A stretch of 64,000 nucleotides of DNA, from positions 54,947 through 118,946 of IMG/VR virus record IMGVR_UViG_3300023174_000080. One strand, written 5' to 3'. Positions 29,089-38,149 of the stretch are shown piece by piece. A program made the position numbers and the translations under genes. The stretch is from a virus. The notes beneath the pieces are model-generated. The model did not search any database. It had not been told where the DNA came from and saw only the letters and a list, made by a program, of their open reading frames with translations. Every line of letters starts with the position of its first letter. Positions within the stretch are counted from its first letter, which is position 1.

Positions 29089-30669
29089 ATGGCGTATAAG
29101 TTATCTAAAGAAGAGATGACTAAAGAAATCTTGAAGTGTGGCAGAGAGCCTGCCTACTTTCTAGATAATTATGCCAAAATAGTACATCAAGAACGCGGTC
29201 TAATACCATTTAAGACATTTAAATTCCAGAAAAATCTATTAAACGATTTCCATGATCATAGATTTAATATTATATTGAAATCTCGTCAAATGGGTATTTC
29301 AACTATTGTATCTGGATATATCGCTTGGATGATGCTTTTCCACAAAGAAAAGAACGTTCTTGTAATGGCAACAAAATTAAATACCGCAATTGAAATAGTG
29401 GAAAAAGTTAAAGATATTATTGATTCAGTACCTTCGTGGCTAAAATTAGCACAAATTAGCGTCAACAATAAAACAAAACTTGAATTAGATAACGGTTCTA
29501 AAATTCAAGGTGTTCCTACTTCTAAAGATGCTGGTCGATCACAAGCTCTTTCCCTTCTTGTACTTGATGAAGCGGCGCACGTAGAAGAAATGGATGAATT
29601 ATGGACAGGCTTGTTACCAACACTTTCTACTGGTGGTCGTTGTATAGCTCTTTCGACTCCTAACGGCGTTGGTAATTGGTTTCATAAAACCTATGTAGAT
29701 TCCGAGAGTGCATCTAACAATTTCAAACCAACTAAATTACCTTGGACATTACATCCTGAATATACACAGGAATGGTTTGATAATATGACTCGTAACATGA
29801 GCAAACGACAAATCGCTCAAGAGTTTGAATGTAATTTCAATGCGTCTGGTGAAACGGTAGTTGTCGCAGAAGACATAGCCAGAATGAAAAAAACTATTCA
29901 AGAACCTAAAAGAAAAACTTGGATAGACAGAAATTATTATATCTGGAAAGAGTTTGATAATGGTGGTTCTTATTTATTAACTGCTGACGTTGCTCGCGGC
30001 GACGGAAGAGATTATTCCGTATTTCATGTTCTTGATGTAAAAAACATGGAACAGGTGGCAGAATATCAAGGAAAAATAGATCTTGATAGTTTTGCAAGAT
30101 TACTTTTTGATGTTGGAAGAGAATATGGAAATTGTATGATAGTAGTAGAAAATAATAATATTGGTTATTCTGTATTAACTAAATTAGTTGATATGCAATA
30201 TCCAAATATATTTTATTCTACTAAAGGATCTCATGAATTTGTAGACGGACTAAATTATAATCAATATTCTAGTAATACAGTACCGGGGTTCTCTACTTCG
30301 ATGAAAACAAGACCACTTATTGTTGCTAAATTAGATGAATATATAAGAAATAAAACTCTTATTATAAATTCAAAACGTACAATAAATGAATTAGATACTT
30401 TTGTGTGGATTAATGGCCGTCCAGAAGCTCAAAAAGGTTATAACGATGATTTAGTTATGTCTTTGGCTATTGGATGTTGGGTTAGAGATACAGCTGTTAT
30501 TAACAACGAAAGAAATTTAGAGTATTCTAAAGCGTTCTTAAATTCTATAGGTAAAACAAATACCATTCTACACACACAAATAAAAGATTTCAGAGAGCAA
30601 GATAAATATAGACAGCAAGAACAAGCTAAGAAAATGTATCAAGATTATATTTGGGTCATTAAAGGTTAA
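29089..30669 (+). CDS. terL: terminase large subunit (T4 gp17-like)
   Basis: KSRQMGIST Walker A, LVLDEAAH Walker B, STPNG coupling motif, QEFEC, ADVARGDGRDYS and DDLVMS nuclease motifs. Confidence 0.95.
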   Translation: MAYKLSKEEMTKEILKCGREPAYFLDNYAKIVHQERGLIPFKTFKFQKNLLNDFHDHRFNIILKSRQMGISTIVSGYIAWMMLFHKEKNVLVMATKLNTAIEIVEKVKDIIDSVPSWLKLAQISVNNKTKLELDNGSKIQGVPTSKDAGRSQALSLLVLDEAAHVEEMDELWTGLLPTLSTGGRCIALSTPNGVGNWFHKTYVDSESASNNFKPTKLPWTLHPEYTQEWFDNMTRNMSKRQIAQEFECNFNASGETVVVAEDIARMKKTIQEPKRKTWIDRNYYIWKEFDNGGSYLLTADVARGDGRDYSVFHVLDVKNMEQVAEYQGKIDLDSFARLLFDVGREYGNCMIVVENNNIGYSVLTKLVDMQYPNIFYSTKGSHEFVDGLNYNQYSSNTVPGFSTSMKTRPLIVAKLDEYIRNKTLIINSKRTINELDTFVWINGRPEAQKGYNDDLVMSLAIGCWVRDTAVINNERNLEYSKAFLNSIGKTNTILHTQIKDFREQDKYRQQEQAKKMYQDYIWVIKG

Positions 30670-30674
30670 TAAAC

Positions 30675-32705
30675 ATGTCAGAAAATAATAAAGTTAGAGA
30701 TGCAAATGCAGCAAATTCTAAAGAAGAAAAAAAAGAAAATGAAAAAAATCCTAGAAATAGCTTATCGCCACTTTATATTGGCTTAACTAGATTATTTTCT
30801 GGCCCTTTAGCTACATTCCGTTCCCAATCCCCTATTAGACAAAAACGTAGGGACTTAGATAGATATAAATTTACAAGTACAAGCGGTCAAAGTTTTAAAA
30901 AGAAAAGCTATAATCCTTTTGAAGCCATTCAAAGTAACATAATGGCTAATCAAACACGGGCAGAACGTTATAGTGATTTTGATCAAATGGAATTCATGCC
31001 AGAACTTGCTTCAGCATTAGATATTTATGCTGATGAAATGACTACTAGTAATGCTTTTCGTGATGTTGTAATTGTAGATTGTAGAAATGAAGAAATAAAA
31101 AACATATTACATAATTTATATTTTAAAGTATTAAATCTTGAATCTAATTTATTTTCTTGGTGTAGAACAATGTGTAAGTTTGGTGATTTCTTTTTATATC
31201 TAGATATCGATGAAAAACTTGGTGTAAAAAATGTATTAGGGTTGCCATCGCCAGAATTAGAAAGACTAGAAGGAGAAGATGAATCAAATCCAAACTATGT
31301 TCAGTTTCAATGGAATAGTGCCGGTATGACATTTGAAAGCTGGCAAATAGCTCATTTTCGTATTCTTGGACAAGATAAATATTCTCCATATGGAACTTCC
31401 ATTTTAGAACCTGCTCGTCGTATATGGCGTCAATTACAACTAATGGAAGACGCCATGATGGCATATCGTATCGTAAGAGCGCCAGAACGCCGAGTGTTTT
31501 ATATTGATGTAGGTAACGTAGCCCCGCAAGAAGTAGAACAATATATTCAGAAGATCATTACTGGATTGAAAAGAAATCAGATCGTCGATCCAAGTACTGG
31601 TCGTGTAGATTTACGCTATAATCCAATGAGCGTAGATGAAGACTTTTATATTCCTGTTCGTGGTTCAACTAGTGCAACAAAAATTGAAAATTTACCGGGT
31701 GGACAGTTCCAAGGTGATATCGATGACGTACAATATTTACGTGATAAATTGTTTTCAGCAATAAAAATTCCACAATCTTATTTAACGAGTGCAAAAGATA
31801 AAGCAGCAGATGACAAAAGCACATTAGCGCAAAAAGATATACGTTTTGCGCGCACAATTCAACGTCTACAGAGAGTAATAATTTCAGAATTAGTTAAAAT
31901 TGGCATTATTCATTTGTACACAATAGGTTATCGTAATGAAGACTTGTTAAGTTTTAATTTGAGACTTAATAATCCATCAAAAATTAGTGAATTGCAAGAA
32001 TTAGAACATTTCTCTAAACAAGTGGCTGTTGCAAAAGATGCTAAAGAGCTTGGCTTTAGCTCAAGATGGATATACGAAAAGTTATTCCGTCTACAAGATT
32101 CAGAAATCTCAAGAATACAAAGAGATTTATATTTTGATAAATCTTTACAAGTATCTCTTGAAGCGGTTGGTTCTGGTGATGCAGCAGATTCTTCTAGCGG
32201 CGCTGGTGGAAGCGCTATCCCAGATACTTCTGGTGCAGACACTGGCGGCGCTGGAGAAACAGCTGGAGGCACAGAAACTCCTCCTGCTGGCGCTGAAGCC
32301 TCCGCTACTGGTGGTGAAGAAGAAGGAAATCTATTAGCCGCTCCAGCTAGAAGAGCAGATGGTTCTCTTGAGGCGGCATATACTAAAAAAGGCTGGAAAG
32401 GAAAGACCTATATACCAGTTGTAAATGATCAAAGAAAAGAAGTAGGTATGAAAAAAAGCTTAAACAGAATAGTAAAACCAGAACCCACCTCTGGAGAGAC
32501 TACAAGAAGCATCTTCCCAGATTTAAATGGCATGAAGAGTATTTCTAAAGGTTTATATGAGTCTGAAGAAACAGAATTACATCAAAAAGATGAAAAATTT
32601 CTTTTAGAAATCGAAAATAAGTTACAATCATTATCTAAAAAACTATTTAATAAAGAAAAAGACCTAATAACTGAAGAAAAACAAGATATTGAGGATTTAA
32701 AATAA
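30675..32705 (+). CDS. portal protein (T4 gp20-like)
   Basis: LMEDAMMAYRIVRAPERRVFYIDVGN, EDFYIPVRG, IENLPGG, DDVQYLRDKLFSAIKIP. Confidence 0.95.
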   Translation: MSENNKVRDANAANSKEEKKENEKNPRNSLSPLYIGLTRLFSGPLATFRSQSPIRQKRRDLDRYKFTSTSGQSFKKKSYNPFEAIQSNIMANQTRAERYSDFDQMEFMPELASALDIYADEMTTSNAFRDVVIVDCRNEEIKNILHNLYFKVLNLESNLFSWCRTMCKFGDFFLYLDIDEKLGVKNVLGLPSPELERLEGEDESNPNYVQFQWNSAGMTFESWQIAHFRILGQDKYSPYGTSILEPARRIWRQLQLMEDAMMAYRIVRAPERRVFYIDVGNVAPQEVEQYIQKIITGLKRNQIVDPSTGRVDLRYNPMSVDEDFYIPVRGSTSATKIENLPGGQFQGDIDDVQYLRDKLFSAIKIPQSYLTSAKDKAADDKSTLAQKDIRFARTIQRLQRVIISELVKIGIIHLYTIGYRNEDLLSFNLRLNNPSKISELQELEHFSKQVAVAKDAKELGFSSRWIYEKLFRLQDSEISRIQRDLYFDKSLQVSLEAVGSGDAADSSSGAGGSAIPDTSGADTGGAGETAGGTETPPAGAEASATGGEEEGNLLAAPARRADGSLEAAYTKKGWKGKTYIPVVNDQRKEVGMKKSLNRIVKPEPTSGETTRSIFPDLNGMKSISKGLYESEETELHQKDEKFLLEIENKLQSLSKKLFNKEKDLITEEKQDIEDLK

Positions 32706-32709
32706 TCAA

Positions 32710-33528
32710 ATGTTAACTTTTAAACACAATAAAAAAAGAAATACTGCTTTTCTATATGAAACATTGATGCGCGAAGGCACAAAAGCATCCTTAGAAAAGG
32801 ATTTCGATAGATTGAAGATTGTAAAAGACATAATTGTTGAATATTTTCACCCATCCAGTATATTAGGATATGAATTATCTTTATATAAGTCTCTTTTAAC
32901 TCCAGAAGTTGAACCAAGTATGGCAGACAAATATTTAACTGAAGTAAAAAATAGACACTATCAGTTAAATAAAGAATTTTTATTCAATGAACAGACAAAA
33001 TTAATTAATAAAATTAATAAAGCTTTAGGGGCTTCCGTTTATAGTAACTTTGTTCCATATTATAAAGATTTAGCCACTATTTCACAAATATTTAACGATA
33101 GTACTCCTGTAAAAGAAAAAATATTACTTGAACAAGCAATTGTTAGTCAATTTGTAACTAATAATACAGAAAGTAATACTTTAAAACATATTGATAATAT
33201 CGTTTATACAACTTTCGTTAAAAAATTTAATGAAAAATATTCTTCATTATTAAATGAACAAAAAGAATTGCTAACTAAATATGTAAGTTCTTTTGCTGAT
33301 GAAGGTTTAGAATTAAAAGTTTATTTAAATGAAGAAATAACAAGATTAAATACTAAAATTAATTCTGCTTTGCAATTAGAAGAAATTAAAAACGATGTAA
33401 GAATGTTTGAAAAAACAAATAAACTACTTAACGTATTAAATGAATTTAAAAAAACAAAAGAATTATCAGCACCAATGTTAGAAAATCTTTTAAAAATTCA
33501 ACAATTCGTTAAAGAGGTAGAATCATAA
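32710..33528 (+). CDS. head-region hypothetical protein
   Basis: KHNKKRNTAFLYE N-terminus, helical, directly after the portal gene. Confidence 0.6.
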   Translation: MLTFKHNKKRNTAFLYETLMREGTKASLEKDFDRLKIVKDIIVEYFHPSSILGYELSLYKSLLTPEVEPSMADKYLTEVKNRHYQLNKEFLFNEQTKLINKINKALGASVYSNFVPYYKDLATISQIFNDSTPVKEKILLEQAIVSQFVTNNTESNTLKHIDNIVYTTFVKKFNEKYSSLLNEQKELLTKYVSSFADEGLELKVYLNEEITRLNTKINSALQLEEIKNDVRMFEKTNKLLNVLNEFKKTKELSAPMLENLLKIQQFVKEVES

Positions 33529-33529
33529 A

Positions 33530-34051
33530 ATGATTACTTTAACAATAAAAACTACTGAAGGATTGGAAAAGAAAGTTAATATCCGTAAAACACTTTCCGG
33601 CGATTTTTTAATGCGCGAACACCCAGAAATAGATATTATTGTTATGCCAGAAAAAGCTAAAGTTTTAGTTTTAGCAAAAGATGAACAAACAGAAAACGTT
33701 TATAAACTTCAAGAACGTTTATTTAAATACATGGTTCAAAGAGGAGTTGTGTTACCGGAGAGTGTTAATTCCGGTAATGTATATGGCTCATTAGAAGGTA
33801 AATTCACTGCTCAACCTCCCGGTGGCGAGAATGCTTCGCAAGTGGTTATATATAATTTAGCTAATTTTATTGAAGAAGAAATGCCAAAATACAAATCTGA
33901 AAAGAACTTTGAAGACAAAATGGAAAAGAACTTACTCAAACCAGACGTGGAAGATTCTACAGAAATTGGAGAAGTTCCTCAAGAACCATTCAAAGGATCT
34001 ATTCCAAAGTATGGTTTCCCAACTCGCGGCATTTATCGCTACAATTATTAG
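33530..34051 (+). CDS. head-region hypothetical protein
   Basis: 173-aa ORF with GAGG RBS. Confidence 0.6.
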   Translation: MITLTIKTTEGLEKKVNIRKTLSGDFLMREHPEIDIIVMPEKAKVLVLAKDEQTENVYKLQERLFKYMVQRGVVLPESVNSGNVYGSLEGKFTAQPPGGENASQVVIYNLANFIEEEMPKYKSEKNFEDKMEKNLLKPDVEDSTEIGEVPQEPFKGSIPKYGFPTRGIYRYNY

Positions 34052-34062
34052 GATTATATCAA

Positions 34063-35853
34063 ATGTTATTTACAGAATCGGAAATTAAAAAAATGATTCA
34101 AGAAGAAATTTTAAAAGAAAATATATTAAAAAATGTTTTCAACAAGCTTTTTAATAGACCTGAAAAAATTTCCGCAAAAGATATAATTGTCAAAGATGAT
34201 TCTGGATATATTGATCCAGATGTCACTTCCGAAACAAGAAAAGCTTTTGAAACAATAAATTTATTAGTTTCTCAAGGAATGCCTAGAGAAGAAGCTTTTC
34301 GACAAATAATTTCTAAAGAATTAAAAGACATTAAAAAACTAGCTGGTTTAGAAATATCTCCAATAGATGCAGAAAAAACATCTAAACAAATACGAGATTA
34401 TCAAGCCACTGGGAGGAAAAGTGAAATTTCAAAAGCTCGTAGAAATGCTAGAAACGAAAAAGATAAAAAAAGAAAAGCTAACTTTTTAGCTTCTAAAATA
34501 GCACAAAGAGCAATGGAAGAAATTCCAACGGAAATAACACCAAAAGATTTTATTAAGGAAACCTTCAAGATGAAACTTACAAATGATATTTTAAGAGAAA
34601 TTATATTAGAAGAAATAAATAAACAAAAAAAATTAGATGAAGGAGCCTTAGATGCTATAAAAGGATTTGCCGGTCATTATGCTAGTAAAGCTTCTAAAGT
34701 AGTATCTGGTGGTGTTAACGCCGCTAAATTATCTAGTATTAAAGGTGATGTATCAAAAAAACTTCAATCTTTTGAACCACAATTAACTTCAATAGCAAAT
34801 ACAATTAGAGATTTTAATAAGAGAGCGCAAGAAAATGGCTTCAGCTTATCTCCAGAATTAAATAATGTTCGTAAATTTGCTTTAACTGCTAATCAAGCAA
34901 TTAATAACGTTTCTGAATCTCCAGATGGTGGAATTATAGCTAGCAAACAATCTTCTCAGCAAAGCGCCGAGCAACCAAATCAAGATGTTAAAAAAGAGGA
35001 AGAACCAAATAAAGGTGATAAAGCAAGCGAATCAGAACCCGGTGGAACAACTGCCGTTGGTGGAGAAACACCCGTTGGCGGAACACCATCAGGCCCAGTA
35101 AAGGCTCCTGAATCTGTGGCATCAATAAATCCCAGCGCTGATAAAGGTAAAGAAGAAAAAACTGCTCCACAACAAGCTACCAGAAAATCATTTGGTCAAG
35201 AAATTAGCGGAGAAGGACCAAAGCCTGCTTCTGCTGCTGGAGAAACTCCTGCCTCTGCACAGCCTGCTGCCTCTACTGCTCCTGCCGCTGCACAGCCTGC
35301 TGCCTCTGCTGCTGGAGAAACTACTGCCGCTGCACAGCCTGCTGCCGCTGAAGCACCAAAACCTCCAAACATGTCAGCAGCACAGCTAATAGATAGTTCA
35401 TTTAATAGTAATGATCCTGATCTAAAAGTGAAAGGATTAAGTAAGCCATTAGCTTTAAAAATTATTAATGTATTAAATAATTCAATGGAAGCAAACATAC
35501 AAGAAGTAAAAGGTAAGTCAACACCGCAGCAATTAATTCAAACAGTTGCTGACCAAAGTAATTCTAAACCTTATCAAGTAAGAAGATTGTTAATGTTTTT
35601 AGCCAAACATGGAAAATTATCTTCTGATCAAGCAAAAAGATTTGGTATAGAATTACCCTCTACAGCCGCTCAACAAACCCCCGATTCAGGACAGGGAAAA
35701 TTATCTGTTGGTGCAGAATATGCAGATCCTAAAAAGCATAAAATGTATGAAGAAGAAAGCTTAAATGAAAATTTAATTTCACGTAATAAGTCTTCTAAAT
35801 TATCTGATGAACAAGCAAGAAGAATGAAGGTATTAGCAGGTATTATAAAATAA
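34063..35853 (+). CDS. candidate internal head/core protein
   Basis: Two I(I/Q)xEE motifs, an Ala/Pro-rich linker, and C-terminal RMKVLAGI like the scaffold. Confidence 0.55.
   Translation: MLFTESEIKKMIQEEILKENILKNVFNKLFNRPEKISAKDIIVKDDSGYIDPDVTSETRKAFETINLLVSQGMPREEAFRQIISKELKDIKKLAGLEISPIDAEKTSKQIRDYQATGRKSEISKARRNARNEKDKKRKANFLASKIAQRAMEEIPTEITPKDFIKETFKMKLTNDILREIILEEINKQKKLDEGALDAIKGFAGHYASKASKVVSGGVNAAKLSSIKGDVSKKLQSFEPQLTSIANTIRDFNKRAQENGFSLSPELNNVRKFALTANQAINNVSESPDGGIIASKQSSQQSAEQPNQDVKKEEEPNKGDKASESEPGGTTAVGGETPVGGTPSGPVKAPESVASINPSADKGKEEKTAPQQATRKSFGQEISGEGPKPASAAGETPASAQPAASTAPAAAQPAASAAGETTAAAQPAAAEAPKPPNMSAAQLIDSSFNSNDPDLKVKGLSKPLALKIINVLNNSMEANIQEVKGKSTPQQLIQTVADQSNSKPYQVRRLLMFLAKHGKLSSDQAKRFGIELPSTAAQQTPDSGQGKLSVGAEYADPKKHKMYEEESLNENLISRNKSSKLSDEQARRMKVLAGIIK
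35222..35352 (+). repeat. coding GC-rich low-complexity minisatellite (AAQPAASAAGET)
   Basis: Repeated CCTGCTGCCTCT, GCTGCTGGAGAAACT and GCACAGCCTGCTGCC blocks. Confidence 0.8.
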
Positions 35854-35854
35854 T

Positions 35855-36121
35855 ATGGATTTGTTAGCTTTTATACTAGCTTGTTATGGAATGACAATGA
35901 TTTTGGTCTATGGCAAAATTTTTGATACTGTTAGACCAAAGTATCATTTTTTTAAATGCCCAATGTGTATGGGATGGTGGGTTGGATTATTTAATTGGTT
36001 TATCATGCCAATCACTTTTAATTGGTTTGCAGCAGCCTGTATAAGTTCAGGAACTTCATATTTTATAAGTCGTCTTGTTGATGACGATGGAATATTAATA
36101 AAAATGAAGAAAAGCCAATAA
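35855..36121 (+). CDS. small membrane protein with CxxC (DUF1360-like)
   Basis: Three hydrophobic segments with CPMCMGWW. Confidence 0.6.
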   Translation: MDLLAFILACYGMTMILVYGKIFDTVRPKYHFFKCPMCMGWWVGLFNWFIMPITFNWFAAACISSGTSYFISRLVDDDGILIKMKKSQ

Positions 36122-36125
36122 ATAG

Positions 36126-36134
36126 ACTATTTAT
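36126..36134 (+). promoter_or_regulatory. putative late promoter motif ACTATTTAT
   Basis: Exact copy upstream of the 23-aa mini-gene. Confidence 0.65.
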
Positions 36135-36155
36135 AAATGATTGGAGGTGTATAAT

Positions 36156-36227
36156 ATGCAAGAACAAATCACCTATACTAGACGCTATCTTCTCCAACCT
36201 GTTCGTAGATGTTGCAGTGGTAGCTGA
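36156..36227 (+). CDS. 23-aa peptide MQEQITYTRRYLLQPVRRCCSGS (below the ORF-track cutoff)
   Basis: GGAGGTG RBS 6 nt upstream of the ATG, upstream late motif, downstream hairpin. Confidence 0.65.
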   Translation: MQEQITYTRRYLLQPVRRCCSGS

Positions 36228-36231
36228 ATTT

Positions 36232-36258
36232 AGCCCCGATGAAATATTCGGGGCTTTA
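36232..36258 (+). terminator. hairpin / weak terminator
   Basis: AGCCCCGA-TGAAATAT-TCGGGGCT followed by only a short T run. Confidence 0.55.
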
Positions 36259-36274
36259 ACCTTAAAAAACTATT

Positions 36275-36886
36275 ATGTCAAAAGTATTACTTAGAGAATT
36301 TTACGAATTATGCGACGGCGGAACATGCCAAGACCTTTTAACAGAGCAAGAAAAAGCTCTTGTTAAAAGCGGCGTTCTATTTTTGACAGGTGTTATGCAA
36401 AAAGCCGATCAAGAAAATGGCAACGGGCGCGTGTATGGTAAAAAAATATTAGAACGCGAAGTACAAAATTATCAAAAAATGATTGATGACCGCAGAGCGC
36501 TTGGAGAATTAGACCATCCAGAAGATTCTGTAGTCAATCTAAAAAATGCATCTCATATAGTAACAAAAATGTGGTGGGATAATAACAATGTGATGGGAAA
36601 AGTAAAAGTATTGGATACACCATCAGGAAAAATACTTAAATCTCTTGTTGAAAGTGGAGTTAAATTAGGTATTTCAAGTCGTGGTCTAGGTAGCACACGT
36701 AAAGAAAGCGGCAAAACAATAGTTGAAGATGATTTTCAATTAATATGTTTTGACTTTGTTCAAGAGCCAAGTACACCCGGAGCTTTCATGATGAATGAAG
36801 GTAAAAATCGCGTTTATGATCCAAATAAGATTTGGACAAAAGCAGACCGCTTGAATAGATTATTAAATGAAATTGTAAAAGGATAA
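36275..36886 (+). CDS. prohead protease (T4 gp21-like)
   Basis: NGNGRVY, ALGELDHP, SH, GISSRGLGS, FDFVQEPSTPGA. Confidence 0.95.
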   Translation: MSKVLLREFYELCDGGTCQDLLTEQEKALVKSGVLFLTGVMQKADQENGNGRVYGKKILEREVQNYQKMIDDRRALGELDHPEDSVVNLKNASHIVTKMWWDNNNVMGKVKVLDTPSGKILKSLVESGVKLGISSRGLGSTRKESGKTIVEDDFQLICFDFVQEPSTPGAFMMNEGKNRVYDPNKIWTKADRLNRLLNEIVKG

Positions 36887-36890
36887 AGAA

Positions 36891-37310
36891 ATGTCAGAAT
36901 TTCAATATAAAGCAGGAATAAACAATGTAGGAAGTTATCAAGTAAGTGGTATACCATATGTAACTGCCTCTTTAACTGCTCCTGCTAATACTAATACACC
37001 ATTAGAAATAGTTTTTCCGTCTATAACACAAAAAATATTTATTCATAATAATCAATCTAGCGATAAACCTATTAGGATTGGTTTTAGTGCTAATGGCGTT
37101 AAGTCAAAAAATTATTATTTAATTGAAGCACATCAAACAAATGGTAAAAGCAATGATAGGATAGAATTACGAGTAAAAACTGATAGAATTTATATTCTAA
37201 GTGATGATACTTCAAATGTAACAGATATTTTTGTAGCTGCTGAATTAACAGGCATAAAATTAGATTATAATCTTGCCGCTGTTTATTCTGGCTCTGCTGG
37301 TATTGGATAA
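36891..37310 (+). CDS. small beta-rich virion protein (possible head decoration)
   Basis: VGSYQVSGIPYVTAS...IFIHN...IRIGFS; located in the head cluster. Confidence 0.45.
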   Translation: MSEFQYKAGINNVGSYQVSGIPYVTASLTAPANTNTPLEIVFPSITQKIFIHNNQSSDKPIRIGFSANGVKSKNYYLIEAHQTNGKSNDRIELRVKTDRIYILSDDTSNVTDIFVAAELTGIKLDYNLAAVYSGSAGIG

Positions 37311-37362
37311 AATTAACATTTACTTTTTTATATCTTATAATTAAACCTCTAAGCGAGGATAT

Positions 37363-37758
37363 ATGAAAAAAGAACAATTGAAGCAAATTATAAAACCTTT
37401 AATTAAAGAATGCCTTAAGGAAGTTCTCATCGAAGAGGGTTTCACAAAAATGTTGAGTGAAAGTGTAAAACCTTCAATGAAAGTTATAACTTCTAATAAT
37501 ATATCTCCAAAATTAAAAAATAATTTCGAAGAAATTTCTCGCCAAAAACAAAATCAATTACAAGAAAACAAAAAAATTATATTAGATAGAATTGGTAATA
37601 CGGGTTTTGATCCTTTTGCCGGAAGCGAGCCATTAAGAGAAGATAAAGAAGTTCTAACATCAAATCCCGGTATTGATATTAGTGGTTTAATCGGAGAAAA
37701 TAAAACAGTTTGGAGACAAACTTTAAATGCCCTTAACGGCAAGAAAGAAAAAGAATAG
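37363..37758 (+). CDS. head-region protein with LKQIIKPLIKE motif
   Basis: GAGG RBS; N-terminal motif related to the 23099 and 34063 proteins. Confidence 0.55.
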   Translation: MKKEQLKQIIKPLIKECLKEVLIEEGFTKMLSESVKPSMKVITSNNISPKLKNNFEEISRQKQNQLQENKKIILDRIGNTGFDPFAGSEPLREDKEVLTSNPGIDISGLIGENKTVWRQTLNALNGKKEKE

Positions 37759-37761
37759 AAC

Positions 37762-38064
37762 ATGAGTAAGCGTCCAATTAATTTAGAAACAAAATTACCA
37801 AAAGGTTTACAGCCGTCATTAGAAAATAATGAATTATTGATTAATCGTTTTTTAAAAGCATGCAGTAAAGAATCCCTTGTACAATATTTATATGACTACT
37901 CAGCCTATACAAGAAGATTTGATAAACCAAGCGTATTAGAACGCCAACGTCAATTGAAATATAAACGTAATGCTAAAATAGCAAATTTGCAATCTTCTAA
38001 AGATCCAGAAGATAACTTAAAAAAGAAAAAACCCAAAGTTAAAAAGCAAATTAAGAAAGATTAA
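37762..38064 (+). CDS. rpsU: divergent ribosomal protein bS21-like protein
   Basis: ELLINRFLKACSKESLV...RRFDKPSVLERQRQ matches the bS21 pattern ExxLRRFKR..K.G.....YEKPS..R.R; position between protease and scaffold/MCP. Confidence 0.55.
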   Translation: MSKRPINLETKLPKGLQPSLENNELLINRFLKACSKESLVQYLYDYSAYTRRFDKPSVLERQRQLKYKRNAKIANLQSSKDPEDNLKKKKPKVKKQIKKD

Positions 38065-38149
38065 TGTGTATAATATGTTGTCATTTCACATACATACATA
38101 CTAATTAAGTAAAAGTATTGGGTTAATCCTGCTTACAGGAGAATTTTTA

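Noticed and set aside
29089-30669. Inteins or introns in terminase, primase, RecA or polymerase
   Set aside because: Lengths and motif spacing are normal or short; no intein termini or homing endonuclease motifs were seen.
36225-36258. TGA followed by a hairpin, as a possible selenocysteine/SECIS read-through signal
   Set aside because: Read-through gives TGA ATT TAG, a stop two codons later; the hairpin fits a terminator or attenuator better.
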